Shown here: in pieces, positions 53,231 through 64,000 of the stretch
Position numbering within the stretch: the first letter of the stretch is position 1
Layout: the number at the start of each line of letters is the position of its first letter
Assembly (NCBI GenBank): GCA_951406725.2
Contig: OX597819.1
Location: 108,996,001-109,060,000 of the forward strand
Length of the DNA stretch: 64,000 bases
Source: Octopus vulgaris
Lineage: Eukaryota
Direction: 5' to 3'
The notes under the pieces: generated by a model
Told to the model about the DNA's origin: nothing
Databases searched by the model: none
What the model saw: only the letters and a program-made list of their open reading frames with translations
Position numbers and translations under genes: made by a program

Positions 53231-54485
53231 TGTGTTACACAAAAATGAAATTAAACTGACATTTCATTTTAACAGATATATTTACTAAAATTCCATAAAA
53301 ATATCTTGAAATACTAAAGAGTAAATATTTTCAATAAAATCGCCATTGGCTTCAACCACGGCCTCCAGACAACTATGAAATCTCCTACAACTCTTCTGGA
53401 TGGTCGACTTGTTTAGGTTGATGAATGCTGCCATAATCTTTGCCTTCAGTTTATCTTTGGTGTTACAAGAAATTTTGTTGGTCTCTCACTCAAATGCACC
53501 CCACACATAATAATCAAGGGGGTTGCAGTCTGGGGAGTTAAGTGGCTAGATGTTATGGGTAATGTGGCCTGGTGCAGACTCTTGTTGCCAGACATAGGGT
53601 CTTCCAGCAGCCACCATCTTGACCCAAGGCAGCACTACCTGTTCCAGATACTTGATGAATGCCTCTGTGTTGAGTGTGAGGCCATGGGAGAAGATGAATG
53701 GAGGCATAACGTCACCATCACTAGTGATCGCTCTAAACACCATGATGTTGACTGGATGTTTGATTTTTATTACTCTCAGTACAGGATTTTTATTACTCTC
53801 GATACATTTATTGCTCTCTGGACATGGCAAGCCAATGGTTGTTCTGTGTGTTCACCATCTGATCCTGGCAGAAATTTTTCTTGTTTGAGAAAAACCAAAG
53901 AATGTTCAGTTGGATGATCAGGTGCTTAAGTTTATTGAAAAGCTTTGTAGTGTGGTCTTTCCTCTTTTCCTTGATGGTTCAGGATAAAAATTGGCCCTTT
54001 CTCATCTTGCATGAGGAATACCAAATGTCTTCATGCACTACCTGCCTAATAAGTAACTCAGACACTCCCATGTCTATGGACCTGATTGACTTGGAGGGAT
54101 CATTGTCAATCGCGGCCTGGATCTCACCAACAAATTCAGGAGTCCTTTTCTTATCAGAACAATCAGAGTGAGTTTTCCAAGCTACCATACGTTTGTTATC
54201 ACTATTTGACTCATCCAACTCTTCTCAAATCCTCTGCACTGTCCTCAGATTGACACCCAAACACTCTGAAATGTTCGTATTGGAGCTTTTGGTGTGAATG
54301 CCAAGCAGTACAGCATGTTATTTCCAAATTTCTGGCAGAGTGAATTACATCATGATGCTGGTTTTCTCACAGACAGTGCCCAACTGATCCTACTATACTG
54401 TGTAGTCAACAAAATCAAAAACAATCAATGCACATACAAGAAATTAAAAATATAAAATGGCAACAATTTACCCATTGCACCCTGT
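53231..54485 (-). mobile_element. maT/DD37D-like Tc1/mariner copy, degenerate
   Basis: KHPVNIMVFRAITSDGDVMPPFIF, YVWQQESAPGH and PLNSPDCNPLDYYVW. A remnant of the same 3' end lies at ~9340-9425. Confidence 0.85.
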
Positions 54486-56027
54486 GTGTGTGTGTTTCAT
54501 CATCATCATCAACATTTAATGTCCATTTTCCATGTTGGCATGGGTTGGATGCTTGAGAGGAACTGGCAAGGCCAGGAACTGTACCAGGTTCCATAATCTG
54601 TTTTAGCTTGGTTTCTATGGCTGGATGCTCTTCCTAATGCCAACATTAGCATTCTTTTAGTTTCCATCTACTGAATCTACTCACAAGACTGGTTGACCCA
54701 GGGCCACAGTAAAAGACACTTGCCCAAGGTGTCATGCAGTGGGACTGAACTGCAAACCACATGGTTAGGAAGCAAATTTCTAAACCATACATCCATCCCT
54801 GAGATACTGTAGAAATTAATAAGAGGAAAATGACCCAAGGCAGCACTACCTGTTCCAGATACTTGATGTAGGCCTCTGTGTTGAGTGTGAGGCCATAGGA
54901 GAAGATGAATGGAGGCATAACGTCACCATCACTAGTGATCACTCTAAACACCATGATGTTGACTGGATGTTTGATTTTCATTACTCTCAATACATGACTT
55001 TTATTACTCTCGATACATGTTTATTGCTCTCTGGACACGGCAAGCCAATGGTTGTTCTGTGTGTTCACCATCTGATCCTGGCAGAAATTTTTCTTGTTTG
55101 AGAAAAACCAAAGGATGTTCAGTTGGATGATCAGGTGCTTAAGTTTATTGAAAAGCTTTGTAGCACGGTCTTTCCTCTTTTCCTTGATGGCTCAGGATAA
55201 AAATTGGCATTTTCTCATCTTGCATGAGGAATACCAAATGTCTTCATGCGCTACCTGCCTAATAAGTAACTCAGACACTCTCAGGTCTATGGACCTGATT
55301 GACTTGAAAGGATCAGTCAATCACGGCCTGGATCTCACCAACAAATTTAGGAGTCCTTTTCTTATCAGAACAATTAGAGTGGGTTTTCCGAGCTACCATA
55401 TCTTTGTAATCACTATTAGACTCATCCAACTCTTTCCAAATCCTCTGCACTGTCCTCAGATTGACACCCAAACACTCTGAAATGTCGTGTTGGAGCTTCT
55501 GGACGAATGCCAAGCAGTACAGCATGTCATTTCTAGATTTCTGTCAGAGTGAATTTCTCACAGACAGTGCCCAACTGATCCTACTATACTGTGTAGTCAA
55601 CAAAATCAAAAACAATCAATATGCATACAAGAAATTAAAAATATTAAATGGCAACAATTTACCCATTGCACCCTGTATGTGTGTGTGTGTGTTTCATCAT
55701 CATCATCAACATTTAATGTCCATTTTCCATGTTGGCATGGGTTGGATGCTTGAGAGGAACTGGCAAGGCCAGGAACTGTACCAGGTACCATAACCTGTAT
55801 TAGCTTGGTTTCTATGCCTGGATGCTCTTCCTAATGCCAACATTAGCATTCTTTTAGTTTCCATCTACTGAATCTACTCACAAGACTTGTTGACCCAGGG
55901 CCACAGTAAAAGACACTTGCCCAAGGTGCCATGCAATGGGACTGAACTGGAAATCACATGGTTAGGAAGCAAATTTCTAAACCATACAGCCATCCCTGAG
56001 ATACTGTAGAAATTAATAAGAGGAAAA
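53620..56027. repeat. ~1.2-kb tandem duplication (53620-54830 and 54831-56027)
   Basis: Collinear, diverged copies of transposon 5' half + RTE tail + SINE, with TG microhomology at the junction. Confidence 0.92.
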
Positions 56028-56070
56028 TGGGTAAGAAGGTACACAATAGGCTAGTTCGAAGGAGTATCTT

Positions 56071-56374
56071 TTTTTGTTGTTTGTTCCTTCTTGAGCCATG
56101 CCTGGCTCATAAGGGCCGGTTTCCCGGCTTCGTGGTGTATAGGTTCCCCACCTGGATGGGACAGTGGTCCATCGCAGGTGAGTTGCAGGAGGAAAGAGTG
56201 AGAGAAAGTTGTGGCGAAAGAGTCAGCAGAAGTTTCGCCATTACATTCTGCCGGAGCTGCGTGGAGCTTAGGTGTTTCGTTCATAAACACACACATCATC
56301 CGTTCTGAGATTCGAACCCGCCATCCCTCGACCGCGAGTCCACTGCTCTAACCACTAGGCCATGTGCCTCCACA
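56071..56374 (-). mobile_element. SINE family C (tail type 3), young
   Basis: tRNA head TGGCCTAGTGG...GGTTCGAATC and a 12-bp TSD AAGGAGTATCTT (56059, 56375). A sibling copy lies at 56625-56928. Confidence 0.88.
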
Positions 56375-56934
56375 AAGGAGTATCTTGATGGCGAATGGTT
56401 AATGTTTGGCTACCACAAACCTCAATGATACCCAAGAATGTGCATACTGGAATGTACAGAGATCAATTCCCTGTTAAACCAAACTTTACTGTTCATTCAC
56501 ATTGACACCATGATGATGTCGGTGTAGTGATGGTCATAGATATGTCATGCTTATCGTAATAGTATTGAAGTGGTCATGGTTTCAGTAGATAATGAATGCT
56601 GCCATCCCAAGACCATAGTCATAGGTTGTTTTTTGGGTTTTTTTTTTTGTTCCTTCTTGAGCCATGCCTGGCTCATAAGGGCTGGTTTCCCCAGTTTCTT
56701 GGCGTATAGGTTTCCCACCTGGACGGGACACCGGTCCATCACAGGTGAGCTGCAAGATGCAGGAGGAAAGAGTGAGAGAAAGTTGTGGCGAAAGAGTCCG
56801 CAGAAGTTTCGCCATTACCTTCTGCTGGAGCTGCGTGGAGCTTAAGTGTTTCGCTCACAAACACACACATCGTCCGGTCTGAGATTCGAACCCGCGATCC
56901 CTCGACCGCGAGTCCGCTGCTCTAACCATCTTTA

Positions 56935-57270
56935 GTGATGGTAATGGAAGCGGTGGTGATTTTGACTGTGGTAGCAGTGGTCATTATTATAGTAGTGGTA
57001 ATGATTGTGTTGGTGATGGTATTAGTGGTGGTTTTGGTGACACTAATAGAACTGGTGCTAATAGTAGTAGAGGAACTAATGATGATGATGGCAGTAGTAA
57101 AGGTACTAATGGCAACGGTGATGGTGGTAGTATTAATAGTGGTGTTTGATTCTGATGGTGTTATTCTGGTGGTTTTGGTGAAAGTAGTTGAGAAACTGGT
57201 GGTTGTGGTATTGATGGTGATGGAGGTAGTGATGGTTGTTACTATAGTGACTTCTATGACAACAGTATGG
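56935..57270. repeat. Degenerate (GTG/GTA/ATG)n low-complexity tract
   Basis: Triplet-periodic decay. Similar tracts lie at ~37100-37390 and 63060-63295. Confidence 0.85.
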
Positions 57271-57500
57271 CTTTGTTGTTGTATTGCTTAGCTCCAGGTG
57301 AGCCCAAATCAAGCAGACCTATGATCAAGAAGCATTCCATCCGCAACTATTCTATCTTTATTTTTCCAGGCACAGTCTATCGAGGACTACACCATCCAAT
57401 GTCTCCCTACTCTTTGTAAGACTGGCCAGAATGTGGTTTGATGGCGATTTCGCTACAGTTTCTAGCAGGTCGACTAACCACGTAGAAGTCCCCTCGTTGA
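57270..57500 (-). mobile_element. Old interspersed repeat family E with a (CAA)n tail
   Basis: CTAGAAATAGCAGCCAAA...GACCTGGGG.TAAACAACAAC motifs recur at ~26275, 33570, 37405, 40600, 51265 and 57965. Confidence 0.65.
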
Positions 57501-58380
57501 TTCATAACTTCATTGACCTTAATGGTGGTGGTGATGGCGGCGGCTGTAGAAATGAGGCTAGTGTTTTGATAAGAGGAATGGAAGATCTGACGGTAACTGT
57601 ATCTCACTTGACCCTTTAGCAACCGGATTACTCTTTCAAATGTAAGGCTAATTCATTCACATTGTTTCGAATTAATCATGCATTATTTTGCACTTATGAC
57701 ATTTCGATGATGTGGTCGTTTGTTTTTAGACTGAAATTGTAGAGTAGGTATGAGAGGCCAGAGCTGGCCGGTTTGCACATAAAACAGGTAGAATATTTGG
57801 GCCAGGTATGAACTGTTTATACACTAAAGGGTTAATAACAAATCAGACCTCAACCAATAGGCCATGATCCAAGTCGTTTCTATCGTGACTAATCTGACAT
57901 TATTGTTTCTAGCAAATTGAATAATTGTGTAGAGTCTGTCGGTGGCTTGAATTTTTAATCTGCTACAGTTGTTGTTTAGTCCCAGGTCAGCTCTGTTCTA
58001 AAAGATGCTTGATCAAAAGACATTCCAGCAGTGACCATTCCATCATTCATGTTTTTCACATGTAACGTATCTAGAATCACATTATCCAATGTGTCCCCCT
58101 TTTGTGACACAAAGGGTGTAATTGAAAAAGAGGGATTTGGCTTCTACTTCTAGCAGGTCGAGCGACTAAGTAGAGGCTTCCTCGTTGACTCGCACTGGTA
58201 GAGAGTTCGCTGCGGTTAATGTTTAACGTCATTCATACATTCTCCATAATTAAATTGACTGTATTTTCGCGACAATGTAAAAACTCGTTAATTTTCTCGA
58301 ATGATTTTCAGAAACACACACACGTGTGCATATATGTGTGTGCGTGCACAAACAAATGCTGCACCTAATACTTAGTGTTT

Positions 58381-58481
58381 TGTTTAACCAGATACTTACT
58401 AAGAAGCTTATCAATGTTGAACTTTGACCTGACCTATTGTGGGCGGAGCTAGGTCACTGATGACGCACACTCAGTTGACCT
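58381..58481. promoter_or_regulatory. Candidate enhancer with a nuclear-receptor site cluster
   Basis: DR1 TGAACTTTGACCT at 58418-58430, three further AGGTCA half-sites, a GC box GGGCGGAG at 58441 and CRE-like TGACGCA at ~58461. Confidence 0.4.
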
Positions 58482-59119
58482 TCTCTTCCGTCTGTCTCGC
58501 TACTAACCCTTCTCTCTCCCCTCTGGATTCTTTATATATTTTTCACACTCCATTCTCTCCCTCTCTCTTATCTGTTCACCTGTTTTTATTTATATATCCA
58601 TTGATACATTGATAGATTATATATTCATCGAATCTTTCTCCCAATCACTCTCTCTCTCTCTTCTATCAATTGGGCCATTAATTAATCTATCGGTCTGTCT
58701 TCCTGAACCTGTGCCATATATCCACACCACCACCATATGATTGCTTATGAGTCTTTCTTTCTTAGCCTCTCTGTCTGTCTCTTTCTCTTACAAAAACATA
58801 TAGATATTGCCATCCTGTGTTGAGTAGGTTAACTGTAATGAGATCTCGTATTGATCAATGAAAGCGAACTTTACATTAAGTGCAACATTCTGCTCTTTCC
58901 CCATTTTCTGTATGTTACTTTTTCTGGCTTTTGTTTTTCTTTCTTTCTCACTTCCTCAGCTTTTCATTCTCTCTAACTATTCCTTTTCTTTCCCTCTATC
59001 TCTTCTTTTTCTCTCTCTCTTTCTATCACTTTACCCTTTAATTTCTCTTTCTTCGAAAATTTTGTCTCTTGCTTTCTCTCATATTTTTGTTTCGTCAAGT
59101 TTGATCTGGCTTGTTTATT

Positions 59120-59633
59120 AATAGGCAATAGGCGTTGGCACATCCCCACTCGTGAATGACTAAAATTGCGATGGAATGTTAAGTTACCGGAAGCCCCAGT
59201 ATTGTGCTCGGCGCAAGTTCAATTCTCAACCGAACCACTTCTCTTCTGTTATTTTGTTTACCTGCGATTTCCGGTCATGGACGATAAAACTCTCTTCATT
59301 GAAGTGAATGAGGGGGTTTCTACCAGGTTCACTTGACTTTCATACACTACGTGAAAACTAGTCCCTTAGCGGTCAGCTAACATCAGCCCCTTAAAGATTC
59401 CAGGACAGTGTCGTCTCTCTTCATCTCCCTCGCCCTCACTCCCCCTCCTCTCTCTCTCTCTCTTTCAGTATATATATATAAAAAAAAAAAAAAAACAGTT
59501 ATTGTGCGCGCGCACACCCAAATATATTTCGTATGAGTCAACGAGGAAGCCTCTGAGCTCTCGGGAACCAGCCTTTTCAACTAAGAACCATATTCTGAAT
59601 GGTGTACGAATTTCTCTGACAGACGTACACGAG
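59120..59633 (+). promoter_or_regulatory. Candidate promoter and non-coding first exon
   Basis: CpG-rich, with an ETS-like ACCGGAAG at ~59186, TACGTG at ~59348 and a donor GAG|GTACGG after 59633. Confidence 0.4.
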
Positions 59634-59954
59634 GTACGGTCCCAATGACTAAATTCTCGCAAGAAGTTTCAAATCTCAAGTTAATTCGATTCGAAGCCAC
59701 TCTGTCTCTTCGACATCGAATTTTTATTGAAATAGCAACCATAAAAAGCTTCTATGTAATCTTTAACCATATAGAAATAACAGCCAAATCTCCTTTATAT
59801 CACAGCGTACTGCTTAAAAAAAAGGAAAGATACATTAGTCGGCGAACTTTAAGAATAGCTATCACTCGAATCCCATATCCCTAGAAAAAGAAAAGTGGTA
59901 GTTTTTGAAGGGTTTTTTCCTCAGTATCATTGTTTTGGTTTTTTTCTTCTTTAG

Positions 59955-60219
59955 GTACTATATTTTATTACATATATAACACGTACATGATACATATGTA
60001 ATGCAAAATCGCATTAAATAGAAAACCAAGGAAAACACAAACATGAGTGAAGAAAGAAAAGAAGAAAAAAAATATCAATGCAACATCAAGTGCCTCAGTT
60101 GGTCGCACACAAGGTTTAACGGAACCTACTGAACATACTCGCGGCATTAACACGGGCGATGGCGAAGCTGGTGGGATTGGAACAGCCAAGCACCCTCACG
60201 GGTATCACCTCACATTTCG
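59955..60219 (+). CDS. Candidate first coding exon of an unidentified gene continuing beyond the window
   Basis: Strong acceptor TTTTTTCTTCTTTAG| and donor TCG|GTAAGG. GCGATGG at 60169 gives MAKLVGLEQPSTLTGITSHF open to the donor, and a second frame is also open. Confidence 0.45.
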
Positions 60220-61047
60220 GTAAGGCGAGCTGCAAACGTTGACAAGAACTTCGCTGTTTGTGGCCCACTCCTCCAAACGTCTCAAACCCCCACAGGCTTG
60301 AAGAAGTGATTCACTAACAAGTCTCAATACTTAAGGATTTTTTTCCCCGTTTACTGCAGCATCTTTATGTTGCAACTGGAATTGCGATCCTGAAAATTTT
60401 ACCAAAAATTTCAATTTTTTGAAATTTTCTCCCCCATTTCCATACCTTTTTTCCCTTCCTCATGAAGTTAGGATAACTATTCCAAACCTTCGCCCCATTG
60501 TATAATGTAGTCCTGGATACTTTTGGCCTTATACTCTGATCTCTGCTGGGATACCTTTTATCCTTAGCCTGTTCTGTATGACTAACTTGGGGTTGAACGA
60601 TACATATTCTATATTTGAATTAAATATTAATGAATTTCGTATTGGTTTCAACGAAGGATATAGAAAGACTTTTGCTGCAGTAACTGTCTTAGAAGAGAAA
60701 TTCTTATAGATAGTCTGTATGAAAACACTAAATGAGGCTATGATGATATCATTGGACTGTAGGTCACATGTTTCTATATCATTACACCTCGTCAGCTATG
60801 GATATTAAATCCATCACTCATAGCCCTCTAAAAACTGCCATTCTTATGTAAACAGCAAAAAATAAATATGCACATGTGTGCAAAGCTTTTGTTGAGCTGG
60901 AATTAATTATGAATGAGAGATTCAGTATCTGTAGCTGATGAAGTATAACAACGTAGAAATGTACCTTACTGCCTGATGACATAATTCATAGCCCAACTTA
61001 GTACATTTTCTGAACAGTTACTGCAGTGATGATCTTTGTGTTTGACT

Positions 61048-61915
61048 GAATTATCCACATTTTCACCATAAAATATCTTTATTATTGTCATACCACCTTC
61101 TGGGCATGTGTGCTTATAGTTGGTACTATTGTGGTCCCATGATCGAAGTTTGAGCTTGATCATATCATTTTTCTTTATGGTTTTACAGTGTAAGCATGGC
61201 TGCTCCACTAGTAACATGTACCAAAGAAGAACAAAGAGCGGTGATCCGATTCCTCTGGTCGGAAGGTGTGTCAGGTCCTGAAATCATCGGAGGCTTTTAG
61301 CACAATACAGGGATAATGCACTACCATGTAAAAGTGTGTATGAGTGGACTGAGAAGTTTAACCCTTTAGTGTTCAGATTATTCAATCAAACATAATGCCT
61401 ATTGATTCCCATTGATTTGAATTAATCATGCATTATCTCATATCTTCAAGATCTTGATGGTGTAATTACTTAATGTAGAATAACATTGTAGGGTAGGTGT
61501 GAGAGCCTGGATCTGGTCAGTTTGAACATAAAACAGGTTAGCTATTTTGGCCGGTTTAAATACTAAAGAGTTAAAAGTGGCCGGACAAGTGTGACACACA
61601 AAAAGGGAGCAGGATACCTGTCAATCTACACTACTGATGAGAAGATTCAGCAAACTTGAGAGATGGTAATGGTGAACTGGTTCACCATTACCATCTCTCA
61701 GATCACTTGTCTTTATTCTTCTATGGTGCACATTGCTAGTAGAGTGGCCATGCTTACACTGTAAAGCCAGAAAGGAAAATGGCATGATCAGGCTCAAACT
61801 TTAATCACATGACCACAATAGTACTAACTATAAGCATGCATGTGCAGAAGGGAATATGACAATGATAAAGATATATTATGGCAAAAGGGCGGATAATTTT
61901 TGACTTCCCCTCATA
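61048..61915. mobile_element. Mariner-derived fold-back element with a nested piggyBac MITE
   Basis: MAAPLVTCTKEEQRAVIRFLWSEG...VYEWTEKFKSGRTSV on +. 61680-61915 is an inverted, internally deleted copy of the same 5' end. Confidence 0.85.
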
Positions 61916-62338
61916 TCATCATCATCATCATTTAACATCCGTTGTCCATTCTGGCATAGGTTGGACGGTTTGACTGAGCTAGCATGCTGGAAGGCTGCAC
62001 CAGACTTCGGTCTCATTTGGCATGGTTTTCTACAGCTGGATGCCCTTCCAACTATTCTAAGAGTGTAATGGGTGTTTTTACATGCTACCAGCATGGGTGC
62101 CAATTTGCATGACACCAGTATCTACCACGATTGCAATTTTGTTCAGCTTGATGGGTCTTCTTCTCAAGCACGACATAATGCCAAAGGCCTTGGTCATTGC
62201 TTCCGTGAGGCCCAACACTTGAAAGGAAGTCAGCTACTTTGCCTCTGTGAAGCCCAACACTCAAAAGGAACTCAGCCACTTTGCCTCCATGCAGCCCAAC
62301 GCTCTGTCCATGAGGTCCAACACTCATGTGAGGCCCAA
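61916..62338 (-). mobile_element. RTE family B-related 3' end with short internal tandem repeats
   Basis: (CAT)n tail, the family motif and repeated GAGGCCCAACACTC units. Confidence 0.75.
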
Positions 62339-62342
62339 TATA

Positions 62343-62375
<33 letters not shown>

Positions 62376-62516
62376 TACAAATAAGAAAATGGACGAACAG
62401 ATTCATTTCAATCATCGACTTACAGATCTATTTATGAAGTTAATAAATAATATGAATTGCAAATATCTGTAAGTTGATGATTGAAATGAATCTGTTCCTC
62501 CATTTTCTTATTTGTA
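62376..62516. repeat. 52-bp inverted repeat with a 37-nt loop
   Basis: 62376-62427 versus 62465-62516, with 2 mismatches. Confidence 0.92.
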
Positions 62517-64000
62517 TTATGAATTTGAGGTAAAATATTTTACCTTTGCCCATCTAATACAATAAATGAATTAATTGCATTGCAATTATAAGCATTTATG
62601 TATTTGCCATTTGGGTGCTTCACCAGCAGTATATTGGATAACTGATATCCCATAGTGGGTTACACTCATAACCCCTATCTCACTTTGTACTTTATATATT
62701 TATATATATCTTCCATCATCATTTTACATAGCTTTTCATGTTGGCATGAGTTCATCAAGATCTAACAGATCAAAGGACCATCTCTTATTCCAACATAGCA
62801 GTTTTAGCATGCATTTTATGGTTGAATGCCCTTCCTATCACCATGTACTATGTGCATTTTTATGTCACCTGCATTATATATAAGTGTTTGTATGTGTATA
62901 GGTGGACAGACAAATTGATGTAGGTATATTAATTTAGTTATGACAGACAAGGAAATGTTCTCATTGATATAATGAAACACAAATCAGATACTTAAAAGAG
63001 ATGTTGTGTTGGTAGACCAATCAAACACATGTTGATATCTGAAGAATTGGACATTAAATCACTGATGATATTGATGACAGTTATGATGATGGTGAGGATA
63101 GTAGTGGCATGGTAATAGTACAGGTGATGGCACTGGTGACCATATTGATTTGGTAGTGGTGGTGGTTGTGGTATTGGCTGTGTTGGGACTGTTAGAGGTG
63201 GTAGTAATGCTGCTGTTGTGATGGTAGTGGTAGGATTATTATAATGATAGTAATACTGTCATCATGGTGGTGCTGGTGGCAGTGGTGGAGGGTATCAAGC
63301 ACAATGGAAACTGTTGTGAAGAAAAATTAAAAGCTTAAGAAATTAAAGGTTATTTTGTATTTCAACTGGAAATTTAAACCAACACACAATTACACTTAAT
63401 CATTCGCTTATACACATTCACACTCTCACATACATAGACTCATGCATGCATACACGCTATAATCAGCAAGGAACCTAATCTATTGTATTTATATTGCTCA
63501 TTAGTAACACTAAATTAAGAATTAATTTTTAAATAATTTGTCATTAATCTACAGTTGGGAGATTAAATGTCTAAATATCTGAGACAAATCAATGTTAATA
63601 TGATTGTAATTTTTCAAACTGTTAACTTCATCACTGAATGTATATACAATATTTATGAGAAAATGCATGGCCGAGTGGTTAGGCAACATGGTTCCTAATC
63701 TCAGGTCACTTTCCTTTGCATTGCTCCAGTCCACTCAGCTGGCAAAAATAAATATTTAAGATTGCCTGAGTACTTGGTCAGTATAATGTTAGCCTACCAA
63801 TGTTAACCCTTTTGATACCAACTTGCCTGAGACAGCTCCTAATTTAATGATATCAACTTCCTGTTTGAAAGTGATTAAATGAAAATTACATATTGATATA
63901 TGTTCCAAACAATAAGAACATCAGCTTAATAAAGACAAAGTTGTTTTAATAAATTCTTTATTATTTCCAAAATTAATTAAAATAGGTGCAGGTGTGATTG

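Noticed and set aside
56935-57291. Val/Met-rich membrane-protein-like ORF
   Set aside because: A degenerate GTG/GTA/ATG triplet tract. The same applies to the Ser/Leu/Phe-rich ORFs at 21002-21740 and the many YI/CV/TH ORFs.
60930-60972. CTGATGA...GAAA hammerhead candidate
   Set aside because: Stems II and III do not form convincingly.

Overview
AT-rich, repeat-saturated eukaryotic DNA. The SINE and RTE families and the very high microsatellite load match what I recognise from Octopus (coleoid cephalopod) genomes; this is an inference, not a database result. No intact, recognisable protein-coding gene is present, and nearly all ORFs in the track are microsatellite or transposon artefacts. The window holds several tRNA-derived SINE families, 3' fragments of at least four RTE lineages, CR1-like LINE pieces, several Tc1/mariner copies, piggyBac- and hAT-type MITEs, a Helitron, a Helentron-type element and Penelope-like fragments. 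Two CpG-retaining zones (about 27.7-33.4 kb and 57.4-60.6 kb) contain promoter-like motifs and candidate first exons of + strand transcripts. The most notable observations are: two type I hammerhead ribozyme folds in Penelope-like fragments (19956-20019, 25923-26006); a 66-bp hairpin-unit array in an RTE 3' UTR; three long fold-back structures; and a phase-compatible 3-exon 75-aa ORF. All alignments, folds and identities were done by eye.
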